Positions 1 through 12,215 of a stretch of DNA of 64,000 nucleotides are shown in pieces. This DNA is from Psammoneis japonica. Its lineage: Eukaryota. The stretch is from the NCBI GenBank assembly GCA_008632985.1, contig QPGO01000089.1:186001-250000 (forward strand). The letters run 5' to 3'. Numbering within the stretch: position 1 is the first letter of the stretch; every line of letters starts with the position of its first letter. Below the pieces are notes generated by a model that worked only from the letters and a program-made list of their open reading frames with translations, had not been told where the DNA came from and did no database searches. The translations under genes were made by a program, and so were the position numbers.

Positions 1-37
1 ACAAGAGGACTGCAAACAGAAAAGCAACCACACTCAC

Positions 38-600
38 ATGGAGCCCCACCCCATTGTGGCTTCCAGTTCTTTGTCAAGTGCCACACATGCGCTGCTGCAC
101 GTCTGTCTAAAATGGTCAGCATGGGGCAATGAGTGATCGCCTGGCTGAAAGCAACTTGCTGAAGCAGAGCATTCTCCTGGCCAATCCCAACACCACTGAG
201 ATCTTCCATGAATGCTCTTGCATCTGGATGATCAAACATGTCATGCGTCTTGTTCATGAGTTGCGCAAAGTTGTTTTTGTCGTGAATGTTGTGATGACTG
301 AAGCCAAAGCCATCCTCTCAATGGCTCTTGCAATGCTGAAAATTCTTGGATGTGGCTGATTTGCAGTGCACTGCTGCTGCAAATTCAGGAACGAATGTGT
401 CTTGAATGACAACTGGTTCTCCTTCATGCAGTGCCTCTGCAGTGTTGTCAAGAGTGTCGGGATTTTCAAAGAGCCTTGGGTTTGAACAGTTCACAATGCC
501 GGTGCACTCAAGCTTGTGTTTGGGGCAAGACTTTGGGACACATGCGCCATTGTCAATGACCTCATCAGAGTTGCAGATCGCATGAACAGGCAAAATGATG
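38..600 (-). pseudogene. 2OG-Fe(II) oxygenase (prolyl-hydroxylase-like) relic
   Basis: Minus strand reads SASCFQPGDHSLPHADH (HxD at 115-123), a frameshift, then RAAAHVWHLTKNWKPQWGGAP, matching the family pattern ...VAYVWHL.KDW.PEWGGAL; stops and frameshifts upstream. Confidence 0.7.
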
Positions 601-889
601 TTTCCTCACAAAGAGATTCCCACAGAGAGAAGCAAAGATCTCAAAGCTGTGAACATCATTTTTCATTTTGCTGTTGTCAACAACAGCGGCAACAGGGTCT
701 TCATTCTTTGTCACCCTCTCATGTCGTTCGCGCATGCATCCCGGCTTTCATGGTCCTGACATGCCCCCCCAAACCCACAGCTTTGCTCGCCAAAGTGCCA
801 TCAGATGACAATTGATTGCAACACATTGGAAGAGTCTGTTCTTGATTTTGCTGCCCCCAGCATCTTTGCTGCCACTCTTGTTGCCAAGT

Positions 890-1030
890 GTGCATCTGGT
901 GTGTGAACCTTGCAACAAAACAGCTTTTGCTCTGAGGCTTTGGACTCTTGCAACAGCTCCTCCCTGCTGTGAATTCCAAAGAGATGACTGGAAGTTGGCA
1001 CATCATCTTCTTTGCAAGCTTGCCAAGCAG
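890..1030 (+). pseudogene. Possible MYND zinc-finger relic
   Basis: VCEPCNK...CCEFQRDDWKLAHHLLCK resembles the MYND end motif YC..ECQ..DW..HK..C. Confidence 0.35.
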
Positions 1031-2547
1031 AACCCAAAATCCTTGAGATTTTTGCAAGGGACTGGTGTGTGTGCTCTTGTGTTCTGCACCAGCAGCACTG
1101 GGGCAGACACGGCAACACATTTGAGCAGCCATTCCTCTCTGCTCCACTTGCAAAGATGACATGGCCCCAGAACAGTGCTGACATTGTCTCTCTTGCTTTT
1201 TCACCCCTGTTGTCCATTGACAATCACAATGCATTGGTTGATCACAAGCACTTTGAGTTGGCGTGGGAGTCACCCATTCTGAGCTGAGCTGTCTCCTTGA
1301 CCACGAGCCAGATGTCTCCAATGAAGCTCACCCACAGCCACACAGTTTTTCACTTTTTTGTGCTTCAAGCAAAGCAGAGCTCTTTTTTCTCATCTTCAAT
1401 GACTTGCACAGCCAAACCAGACAAGAACATTGCAGCATTTTTTGTTCGCAGCTCATGAGCCCAGCAGAGCTGCCGGCCCTTGTCAACTTTGAGCTTTCTT
1501 CAATGGCACTGGCAGAATGCTGGTGCCATTTCCATCAATCACATTTCTGTGACATGCACAACAGACAATTGCAGAAAATGCAATGATGAGAAAAGGGCAA
1601 AAGCCACTCAAGTGTGCCCTTCTGGAAAACAACAAAGAGCAAAACACACAAGAAAAAAAAGCCGCAGCAGGAGAAGCCCATTTCTAAATTTTTTTGGTGC
1701 TCACTTCATGTGGCCAAAAACAATGCCCCAATTTTCATGGACTGATTTTCATGGACTTCCCTGCTCATGAAATTTGCACAGCCCAAACATGCCTCATCCC
1801 CCACCACCGCTCACAAGCTGAGGCAGAAACCCTTGCTCCCACCTGCCACATTGTCCTGATGTCTTGCAGGGCCACACAGACATGTCAACATCCAGTGAAG
1901 AAGCAGCTCTGCACATCACAAGCCATCAGATCAAGCTGCTGCAACCTTGTTCTTTCTTTTTGTCAGTGTCACATTGCACATCGATGAGCACAGAGTGAGC
2001 CTCGATTGCTTGGGCGGCAGCCCCACCCTTCTTTTTGCATGGCGCTCTCTCTCTCTCTCTCTTGCATTTTTGGCTTTGCACCCAGGCTTCTCACAGATGC
2101 AGGCTCCAGCGTGAGGTCTGGTTTCTTGCTTTTTTTGACACAACCAAGCAGAGAGCTCTGCAGGGAGTGCACTGGCCACAAGAGAGGGACAAGTGACAGA
2201 AAGCACTGTCTTGAGAGCAATTGTCTCAAAATGGCCTGCTGCTGCTCTGTTGTCTGGCAACTTGCGCAAAAGGTCAGCATTCCAAAGTTGTGTTTCAAGT
2301 GATTTGTCTTTAGCATCATCATCTGTTTTAGTCATGATCATGGTTGTGTCAATGAAAGCGTCTCTGTTGCTTTTGTTCTCTCTCTCTTTTTTTTTTTCGC
2401 TTCGTTTTCTGTCTTGCTCTCGGCGCGCGTGCGGTGGCGACGCAGAGAACAACAGGGCTCTATCTACTCTCTAGCTAGCTAGCTACTCTAGAGCAGAGAG
2501 TTGGCAGGGAGAGTTTGATTGGACCGCACTAGTTCGGACCGCTCTGT

Positions 2548-3048
2548 GTGTGTACGCTTGGACTTGTGCTCTCGGAATCACATCACTTTATCAAGCGCGC
2601 AACCAACATTGGTCCAATCACACTTGGTCCAATCACACTAGCAACCTGTGTTGCCTTTACAACTCTGACTGTTGTGAGTCTCGTGGGCGTATCATGTGGC
2701 GATCCTGGCATTGTCCGTGATGAAAAACCCCATCACTCTCTGAATGTGGACGATTGGAGATGGTGTGGCTTGTGTAACACGTATCAGCCACCCAATGGAG
2801 CCCACTGTCCAGACTAAAAGGTTTGCGTTGCCGGGTATGATCATCACTGTGTGTGGATGGGCACGTGCACTGGACGAAAGAACTTTCGAGCCTTTAAGAT
2901 TTTCAACTTGTCGTGGTTGTTTTATTTGAATTACTGCATTGTGTGTGTCTCCATTGTGGCGCTAAGCGTATTCTCTGAGAAGGACGGCACTCACGATGAA
3001 ACAAGTGGCAATACAAACAGCACGGAAGGAGAACTGCCGTATGACTGA
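2548..3048 (+). pseudogene. DHHC palmitoyltransferase with in-frame stop
   Basis: DPG motif; WCGLCNTYQPPNGAHCPD*KVCVAGYDHHCVWMGTCTGRKNFRAF; TAA at 2815-2817 where a Cys is expected; DHHC codons at 2839-2850. Confidence 0.85.
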
Positions 3049-3246
3049 AAGCACCCCGAAAACAGCATTTGCGTTTCCAGACGAGCCTGTTTACCTAATA
3101 GGCAACCATTGATTCTGATACCCAAAATGCAGCAACAGGACACTAGTTCTCTGATGCCTCTGTCGCTTCATCCTGCTGGCTGCAAGAGCTGCTTGCACCA
3201 CAAGATGCGTGTCGTAGAGCCAAGAGATATTGAATATCTTTCTTGG

Positions 3247-4538
3247 CTACTTCTTCGATCGGTGACCTCCTCCGAGATGAATGGGACTGGGTCTTGTATT
3301 TTTCTGCTTGAAAGACATGGGCGTTTCGGAAACAAAACGATCAGGCGGCAAGCTGCATTTCATCGGTATTTCTGCTATTCTCCTTGGCGGTGGCATCATT
3401 CGAGAAGCATTGTCGATGATAGGGTTGGATGGTTTAGGCTTTGGAACAATGGACGGCTTTGGCTTTTGTTGTTGGCCGCTTCGTGGGTTCGGCGTCACCT
3501 GCTTCACTTGTCGAAAGAGACTCGACATGTTGGATAGACTCGAATTGAAGTGGCTTCCAACGAATCGACCCTTTCCACCATCCTTGAGGAGAGCGTTTTT
3601 CGACCGTGATGCTTGTTGCGTGATGTGAGCGAAAAGGGCTTGTCAATCAAGGTGTTAATCTTCTTTGCTGGCTTGGTATCCGCCAAGGGTTTGGGATCAG
3701 GCGGTTTGTCATGGCTACTACCTGGATCGGTCGTCACTTGAATGAGGTCAGCAAATACATTGTCAGCAGGTACAACTGGCAGTGGCTTCGGTTTGCTGTT
3801 TTCCTTCACGGCTTCCTCTAAAATTCGTTGGTGGAATTTCCACTTCAAAATACTCAAAGACTTGCTCAACGATCTCCATGGTTGCATTGGGAATGGGTGT
3901 GTTTGAAATACGCGGAAAACATTCGATAAGAAAATGAGCAAAGTTCGTATGTGGTCCCAGACCCAGAAGAAACGAAACCATTTCCAAAAAGGTAATCACG
4001 TCGTGCGCAAGAGACGGAGGTTCCGTCGTTTCTCGTTTCCTTTTGTTTTCGACTTGTTCTTCTTCTCATTTGAGTTGGTCGCCGCAGGTTGAACGAGTAG
4101 CAACTCTAGCATATCGTTATTGTCATTACCGTACTTGTCTGCAATCATGGCATGGAGCTGCATTCGAATAATCATGACTTTAAGTTGAATACGTCTTGTC
4201 CATTTCTGCTTGTCACAGTCTTCTTGGCAGCGTCCTTTCCATTTCGTTCTTGAGATCGGAGGGACTTGCAAGTAATGGACAATTTGGGTGGTACTATCCT
4301 TGTTGAGGGTATTCGTACAGCGTTTCAACCACGCGGTAGCCACGTGCGGCGGAGATGGGTCGTTCGTATCGATACTGGCACCGTGATGTTTCTTGAATTC
4401 ATCCACGGTAATATTGTCCTCGAACCCATACTCATTAACAGCATCGACACTATTTGTATCTCCATTCTGATCTGAGCCTAGTCTCAATTCCTTAGAGACG
4501 GAGATTGCTTCTGCGTTGCTCTCAGTGAATGGTTTCAC
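3247..4538 (-). pseudogene. Frameshifted gene, possibly Treslin/Sld3-domain-like
   Basis: Four overlapping protein-like ORF pieces join by frameshifts: RRIQLKVMIIRMQL...ITFLEMVSFLL..NFAHFLIE...IP...VFEYFEVEIP, then a Pro/Lys-rich tail with VSETP. Confidence 0.45.
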
Positions 4539-6229
4539 CGTTTTTACTTGCTCGTATGCGCTTGAGTTTGTTGGAAGAATTGCTGATAATTTTTCTTAAG
4601 GTCGATGTGTCGTAAGTTGACTACTTCTTTACGCCTTTCTCTTGTAAACACCAGAATCATCCTCTAAACAATCCGAGAGCTCAGCCGTGTGTTTTGAGAC
4701 AATTGCTTGTGCAGAAACCGTCTTGTACGTGTCGTTGTTTCTATGCTGTTGTTTTGTTTCGCAACAAGGACCAGCACCAAGTCTAACGAGCTCAGTATCG
4801 TCAAGGGCGTGGCGAAATCTATACTAGCATGAAAATCAGAGAGACTCGGCCGTTCAGTTACTTGCTTCAGTTCGGCACTGTGCAGAAGGTATGTACAAAG
4901 GTGCCGTTTTCTCGACATACAACAAATCGAGCTCTTCTTTCCCCCACTTCGATTTCTCTGGAGACGAAACAATACAGCACACCCTTCTTGAAAAGAGCTT
5001 TCTGCTTCTGCGGCTCAAAGATGATTTGAGTCTTCATCTTGTTGTTGTTACTACTTCTTGTTACCATACACGCAGTGTATTGTGTGGGGTTTTGCGTTGT
5101 TGGTTTGACTCGATCGCAAAATAATTGATTGGTATTGTTTCCGTTGGGATTATAACATTATTAAGTAATTAANTTCTGGTACAAAAAGGGTGTAGAAATC
5201 CTGTAGAAAGTGCGTGTCACCATGACGAAACGACAATCGACGCTTTCTTGATGAGAGGACCTTACAGAGGCCCAACAATTAAGACTTTGTCGTATCTTAT
5301 GAACTTACATACGGCCGCATCGAGATATGGGAGGAGAACTGACATATGGGGGGTTTATGGGGTCAGAAGAGAATAAGGCATAAATCGTGTGATAACATTT
5401 CGCTTGTTTTCGCGATGTATAATGACTTTCACAACGTAGAAACACATAGACATATAATATGAATTATTCTCTATTGATAGACGTCGACATATCTTTGAAT
5501 AGACTGTGATTTGTGTCGTATATTGCGTTCAAAGCCGCCATGGCGTCATGTAAAATTCAACAAGTCCGTCCTACCATCAGTTAGTTATTGATATACGTGT
5601 ATGGAGTTGGTTGTTACCTCAACGTCTGCCCAACCATCGGCCGAATGTGAATACGATTGTGATCGACTGAAAATGATGGTCGCGTGCAGAATCGTAAACT
5701 TATACGGGGCAGTCTGTTCGCTTGTCCTTTTAGGTTATGTTCCTATGTTTATGTTTATGTTTACGACTCACTGGCGAAGATGCTCTAANAGCATCAGCGT
5801 CATGCTGCAGCATCAGCGTCATGCCGCCGCACGCACGCACGCACGCACGAACGGTGGAAATGTACCGGTATCTGGGCATCTTGAGTTGCTTGACTGATGA
5901 GTGACAGTACCCGTAGCGACTAGCTAGCGACATCTAAAAACGAAAAATAGGCCTAATGTTCCTTGTACCAGGCGTGAAAGCTTGGTTCATTTGGCAAGGT
6001 GTCGGAGCGATGCAGTGGAGTGAGGCATCCGAGCGAACGCAAGGGTGAGGCCTGGGAGCATTGGTTGACTGGAGCACCCCAACTGGAGAAGGAACAAGAT
6101 CGAGGCAACCTCCCAACTTCAAACTGGGACGAACCCTTTGTTGCTGGATCATCCCAATTGCGAACATGCGAACCCCGCGCGACAGATTGCCCAATTCTTA
6201 AAAATGAGACGCATTTCCCAGCAAACAAC

Positions 6230-7800
6230 ACTGTCGAGAGCAGAGAGCAGTTGACGAGAAACAATGAACTGCGCTCAGCGAGATTGTTGTCACCTGCGCC
6301 ACCCTGTGGAAGTTGCATCGTTCCGTTCCGATTGTTGTTTGTGGGGTGGAACTTGATGATTTTTGGGGAATGGCTCAATTGTGTTGCTGCTGTGACGCTG
6401 CTCAAGCGAGTTGTGGACGATCCGGAAAATGTTGGTCGTGCTTTGGTTGTTGCCAGAAGTGGTCTTTTCGGGTGTGGGTGGATTGCCGGCGGACTTGTGT
6501 GATGGACGATGGTCCATGATTGTCCTCGACATGATTGCTTGCCAGCTGCCTGGGAATCATGTAGAAGTGCTTGACAGCCCTTGTTTCCATGATCTTGGTG
6601 CATCTCGTTTCCTTCCAGAAAACGACCACTGGAGCCCTGTGCGAACCTGCGTGGGATCGATCTTCCCCATGTTGCTCGACGATGCACATGAACTCAAAAA
6701 GGCCACCGTGAGCAACACACGCCCGCATCAGCAACAGGCCCTGTGCCTGTTTTTTGAATCACTTTTGGCGGCGCTGGGACCGGCTCTTGGTGGTGCAGCC
6801 GTCCCAAAAAAAAAAGTGGTGCTTGACAACGCGTTTTGGTGCCTTCGATGTAGGAGCGCCGTCGTGTCCAACAAATGTTTTGAACTTTGGCTCATCCTTT
6901 ACGATGCAGTTTTAGACAGTCTGCTGTGTTTCGGAAGTGCGCCATTGAAATGCTTTGTCGTTGGATCTTAGGATCCGTCCGATGAGGACGACGAACCAGT
7001 TGTGCAAGTAGCGAGGATGAAGAAGATGCGGAAGGAAGTGACAGCAGCTCAACAAATGGCGAGGAGGAAGAGGCTGAGGAAGAAAAGCGAGGCTGTCTCC
7101 ACAAGTTGCGAGGATGAAGAGGCCGAGGAAGAAGAGGACGAAACATTGCACATTGCAGACGCTACGAAAAATGGCCGTGGGTGGAGTCCAGCATCTCATG
7201 CGCAGCTTTTCTGGTCCGTTGGTCTTGCTCAATTGCAGCTCGGCTTTGATTTGTGGGTCCATTGACGTTCTTGAAGTCTCTCTTTCCGAACAAGGTCCCG
7301 ACGAGAGCGAGACAGCTTGCTGCTCGGCATGCTGTTTTGTTTGTCTGGCTTGGGCGACTTGCTTGGCACCATCATTGCCGAGCATTTCATGGACGTCAAT
7401 GATCCCAGCAGTCTGCAACGAGCTTGCGTGCAGTCATTCTCATCAATGGCAATTGCTTTTCTCGGCATGGGGATCTTACCTGCCTTTGCAAGTCCTTGCA
7501 TTTTAACGGCAGTCGATTCTGCCGGTGCGACCGTGATCGAAAGGTGCGTGCACGCTAAGCTTTGCTTTGGCACAGATGTTGGTTCCAAGCTCATTTGTTC
7601 CATGCTCCATGCACACAGTCACACACTCGGCCTAAGATGCTGGGACGCGTGTTGGCGATTGACATCATGTTGAGCACGACAACCGAAATTATTTCCGCCA
7701 TTCTGGCGGGATGGGTGCAGGACACCTTTCATGTGTCGGCGCAGTCGGTCAGTTTGGGAGCGTCGGCAATCGGATTTTCCGTTTCGTCTTTCACATGAGT
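6230..7800 (+). pseudogene. MFS transporter relic
   Basis: FRLLFVGWNLMIFGEWLNCVAA, DGRWSMIVLD, AALGPALGG, LLGMLFCLSGLGDLLG and MLGRVLAIDIMLSTTTE spread over shifted frames. Confidence 0.75.
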
Positions 7801-8099
7801 GGACACCGGGCAGCCACTCGAGCTCACGCATGCCATTTTTCCAAGGCACCGCGTGTTTGATGACGTCGAAATCTAAAATCACAGGGGCTCCCATGAACTT
7901 GCATTTGAGATTGTGTTTTTCAGAGTCACACCGGTGGCAGCGGGTGCGGTTTGAAATGACAACTGGAATCATTCAATGCCATTGTAATGACAGAAATGAC
8001 ACTGGGTCTGGGTCACCTCTAGGGTGCCAGAAGCAAGTGGCAATCGAAGTTATTTTGCCGTTCGTCGGACCTCATCAAGTGGCTCCAACACAATGTGTC

Positions 8100-9300
8100 A
8101 AAGACAGAGCACATCAGACAGCTCAACACACGAGAATGCCTCGGAATTGTGGTTTAGAAAATGTCATGTTTGGCTTTCTGTTCACCTTGTCCTCCCAGTT
8201 TTTTGACAAAGAGAGGATGCCTGGTTTGTCGCATCAAGAGCTGGCCCAAATGGTGAAGCGCTTGCAACGGGCAAAGTTCCGCGTTGTCCACACAGATGAG
8301 GACGCAGCATTCACATTGGACAAATTAGATGGCAGTCGGTGCAGTGTCATGTGTTTGCAAATGTCAGCAACGAGCAGGTTCCCAGTGCTGATGGCAGTGA
8401 GACTGTGAACGCTTGGGAGCTTGCTGTGGGAAAGGACAGCAACAATGACCGGATCGACGACACAGCTGTTTCATTTGGCAGTGCGACGGGAAGAATTGGC
8501 TCCAGGAGCAATTCCGGTGATGCTCAAAGGAGCAATCGCACTTTGACGAGGATGGCAACAATCACTGGATTGAAGGTACAACTTTGTCATTTGTTTTTGC
8601 GATGGGAAAGTTAAGCTCCGGGGACACTCCCGGCGGCGCACCTGAACAGTCGCACTGAGACAACCGTCCTGCATCTCATTCGAACAAGAAACAGGTCTGT
8701 CCACGGTTGATGTGAAGAGTGATCATCAAGAGCCAGCAGAGGAGGACGTCTTTGATAGAATGCTGAGGAAATGGGCAACTTGCCGCAAACCAGACAAGTC
8801 TGCTCTTACAGTCGACAGACACGAAACGGTGCATTAGATTTTATCGAAAATTGGGTGCTTCTTGTGGTTGGGATCCCGCGTCGCAGGATTTACAAAACGC
8901 GTCGTTTGTCATGAAGAAGGCCAAAGAGGCCGATTTGATTGACATTCACATGCTGCGAATGGCATGCGCAGGTCGAAACAAGTTGTGAAAGTCTGGATCG
9001 TGCTCTGTCATTCCACCAAGAGAAGTTTGGATGTTGCGACATGGTGAGCGTCGAGTGTTGTCAATCCAGAGAACACAAAGTGTTGGGCACGGTGCTTGTC
9101 TCATTTGCTTTTCGTTTTTCGGTTTGTTGCAACAGGCGCCATGCATTCATGGTGTGCTGAAGCGAGATCTTTCAGAATGGATACAACGCCATTGCTGCAG
9201 ATCGGAATGCTTTCAAAGAGTGGTGCAGTTGCATTCGTCAGACAACCATCTCGAATGTAGATGCAGCCACGGTTCATGATCATGCCATTCCCAGGTTCAA
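8100..9300 (+). pseudogene. Decayed gene of unknown family
   Basis: Protein-like fragments (ELAQMVKRLQRAKFRVV; KEADLIDIHMLRMACAGRNKL*KSGSCSVIPPREVWMLRH) and a GTGAG..CAG intron-like segment at about 9043-9135. Confidence 0.35.
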
Positions 9301-9909
9301 TGCAGCCATGAACAGAATCGAATTTGAAACTGTTTCACCTGCAACCCGATGGACTCTTTAGAATTTGTCACGTCTTTCTCATCATTTTTATTGTTTCCAC
9401 TGCCGAGCCACACCGACTCTTTGTTTCTGGTGTAAAGCAGTCTAACACATGTTCGTTCCCATGCATGGGTTGCTCATCAGCTTGTCACCATCAATCAAAT
9501 CAGGTTTGACGTGTGGAACTGGTTTTCCTCTAAAAGACGCATTGCACAAAAGCACAAGCAGAGCACTGGCGCAGTCTGCATGGGCATCCGGGACTCTCGT
9601 GATTTACGGAGAATGCGAATGAAGTTCACATGCATGCCATGCTCGTGCTCAAGAACTGTCCGGACTGTTTGCGGAGGCAGGAAAGCTGGGGCCCAATGTC
9701 TTGGATGATAAGATGATGGATGACGCACGTCAGGAATCCATGCTCAAGCACATTTCTCTACAGCACGAGTGGTGAAAGCAGAAAGCAGTGGAAAGAAAAA
9801 TGTGAATCAAAACTAGAGGAAAAGGTGCACACAACAGAGCTGCTCACAAAATCAAATCTGCTTCAAAAACCAAGCAGTTTTGCAGCGAGCAGATCATCGC
9901 ACTGCCCAA

Positions 9910-11225
9910 AACATGTCATCTTCATCCGTCAGCAGCAACGCGGACGTCAGCTTCTTGTTGCTGACGTGCATCAGCATGCTGGCCTCGTCCTTGCGCTTGG
10001 TGTCTGTGGTGGATCCTTCATTCTTGGCAACTGTCAGAGTGGCCCTCTGGACAACCCCATCTGGTTGCTGTCTGCACCATTGTCTTTCCTGAGATCAGTG
10101 CATTTGTTGGACTTGTTCAGCCATTCGCCAGAGGAATGGGCATCTTTGGGTGCATTCGCCGTGATTTTAGTCCAAACGATTGGTCTTTCCAGGCCGTGTG
10201 CCTCTTCATGTGGCTCATGATGATGATTCTCCAACTCATGGTGCAAGTTTCTCATGCTTCCGGTGGACAGTTCACGGCCGCGGCACCCTCTCAAGCTTGC
10301 GTGTTCTTTGGCTTCACCTTCATGCCTGCACACCTTGATTTTAAAATGCGCAACACCCCACGAGTTATCAACCTGAGCTGCTGTGGCATCCCGCTGACAA
10401 GACTGCAGATTCTGACACCGAACACCATGCAGACATTGAACTCGGAGACGACTGAGAGGTCTGTCTCCCTCTCGAGCTTTGACTGACCACAGCAGTGCCC
10501 CGCTCAAACTGTCCCAGCACAATCTTTGATGTGTTCTGAGACCATTTTGTGGGGAGAGTCATCACATGCTTGCAGTCTGCAACAATCGCTTTCCTGGTGG
10601 GGAATTGCATTTTCACTAAAAAAATCTCGCGCCAATTCAATGTCTCAAGCACTGTTCATCCCTTTTCTCTCACAGAAACTGACTCTCCTCTCAGCAATGT
10701 GCTCAGCAGTCAACATTGGCATTCTCTGAAGTCAGACAAAGAATGGAGACAATTGATTAAAGAAAGAGCTCAGAACATCTTGTTGCTCCTGGGCCCGGCA
10801 GTTTGCTCCCAGACATTTGAGGGCACGATTCTGAATGCTGCATTCTGGCAGTGAGAGAACGAGGCCGTCAGGTGCGAGACACAACATTCAACTTTCAAGT
10901 GCCCTCAACCAAATGCTGAGTTTTCAGCAACAGCCATTTCTTTTCGAATCGATCTGTGCAGTCACTGAATGTTTGCCCCCAACAGCCTCAAGCTTCGCAC
11001 TCTTTGCAGCTGACGTTGTCATTCTGTCATGTGATGCAATGCCATCGTGTTGTTGGCAACAGCCACACGAGACCTTTGGTTGTCTCTGTGTGGTCCCACT
11101 TGAACCAACGCACTCACTCACAAGACAATCAACCGTGCTGTTGGCTGTGGAAAGGTGCTCATCACAAGCATCGGCACGCAAAATCAAAAGTTGGAGTCCA
11201 ACTGGGGACGCGTTCCAGGTCTAGG
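9910..11225 (+). pseudogene. Decayed multi-pass membrane protein gene
   Basis: Hydrophobic segments in shifting frames, e.g. WSFQAVCLFMWLMMMILQLMVQ and FFGFTFMPAHLDFKMRNTP. Confidence 0.4.
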
Positions 11226-11549
11226 TGGGAACTCGCACTGCTGAACTGTGACATCGATAGTTTTTTGAATCTCGTCGTATGTCGCGCACGTAGAATTCTA
11301 CGTGATTTTTTGATATTTTGTGTCATTTTACGGTACACTTATTGAGCGATCCGTCCAAAAACTTTTGACATTTTTTGTTACAGCGCGATTCTATAATGTC
11401 TTAAGAATCGCGTAGGGCAGGTGCATTTGCAAAAACGTCGAGTGGTAAGGCATAATTGTGCACAACTTGGCCGTTTATTTGATGTGAAGACAAACATCCA
11501 TTAATTAAATTCTCGCACTACGGAGCTCGCAAGTAGAATTCTACGGGCC

Positions 11550-12215
11550 CAATGTCACACGGAGTCCCACCCAGGGCTGGAACGCGTCTGGGGAAGAAGA
11601 GCCACAGCAAGCAGAACCATTGTCATGGTCTTGCTCGAGCAAGGACAAACATCCAAGGAGAGACTTGCATTTGGGTCCACCAGAGGATGCCACAGCCACC
11701 ATGAGAACATGCGGAGTCGAGTCAAGTCGACACGTCAGGTCAACGAGGGTGGTTTCGTGTTTCGTCAATTGCGCCGACAAAGGGCAAAGTCATTCTGCCA
11801 ATTTTGAATGCTGCAGCATCAGAGCACTCAATCTATCTCTTTGTTGGTGTGTGATGTGTTTGCTTGTGGTTCCAATGCCGCATTGCTTCTTCTTTGCTCT
11901 TGGAAGCGACGACATCATTGTTGCGATGTTTTTTGTTGCAGCGCGGTGTGCGGTGTGGCGGAGGGAAGTGAATCTTGGAGTTCGGAGCTCCTGCCGTGAT
12001 GAATCTTGCCGATGTCATCGGGGTTCGCACACGACAAGCTCAAAACATGATGGTGAAAAACCGTTGGTTGCCCGCCACATTTTCGAAAAAATTTGAAATG
12101 GCCAAACCCGGGACAGGAACTCTGCATCACTTTGCTCATTGTTGCACGAAGCACACAAAAATCGCCGCCATTTGACTTTTTGAAACACATCGTCGTCTTG
12201 ATTGCCATGGTTGCT
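11550..12215. other. Short TpA-depleted block 3
   Basis: Nearly TA-free with CG retained; minus-strand relic EEAMRHWNHKQTHHTP looks like a Tyr->His converted sequence. Confidence 0.6.

Larger units (their letters stand above)
1..2455. other. TpA- and CpG-depleted hypermutated block 1
   Basis: Almost no TA and little CG; TG/CA excess; spurious Cys/His-rich, Tyr-free ORFs in all frames; ends at a CTAG-rich tract near 2458. Confidence 0.85.
5990..11220. other. TpA-depleted block 2 (CpG partly retained)
   Basis: TA rare over most of about 5 kb while CG is still common at 6000-7900; contains several decayed genes. Confidence 0.75.

Noticed and set aside
1..2455. Alternative genetic code or recoded viral insert as the explanation for Tyr-free ORFs
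   Set aside because: TA loss is frame- and strand-independent, and the relics are frameshifted host-type genes
5173..5830. Two N bases and a short tandem duplication GCATCAGCGTCATGC
   Set aside because: Probably local assembly uncertainty; not interpretable
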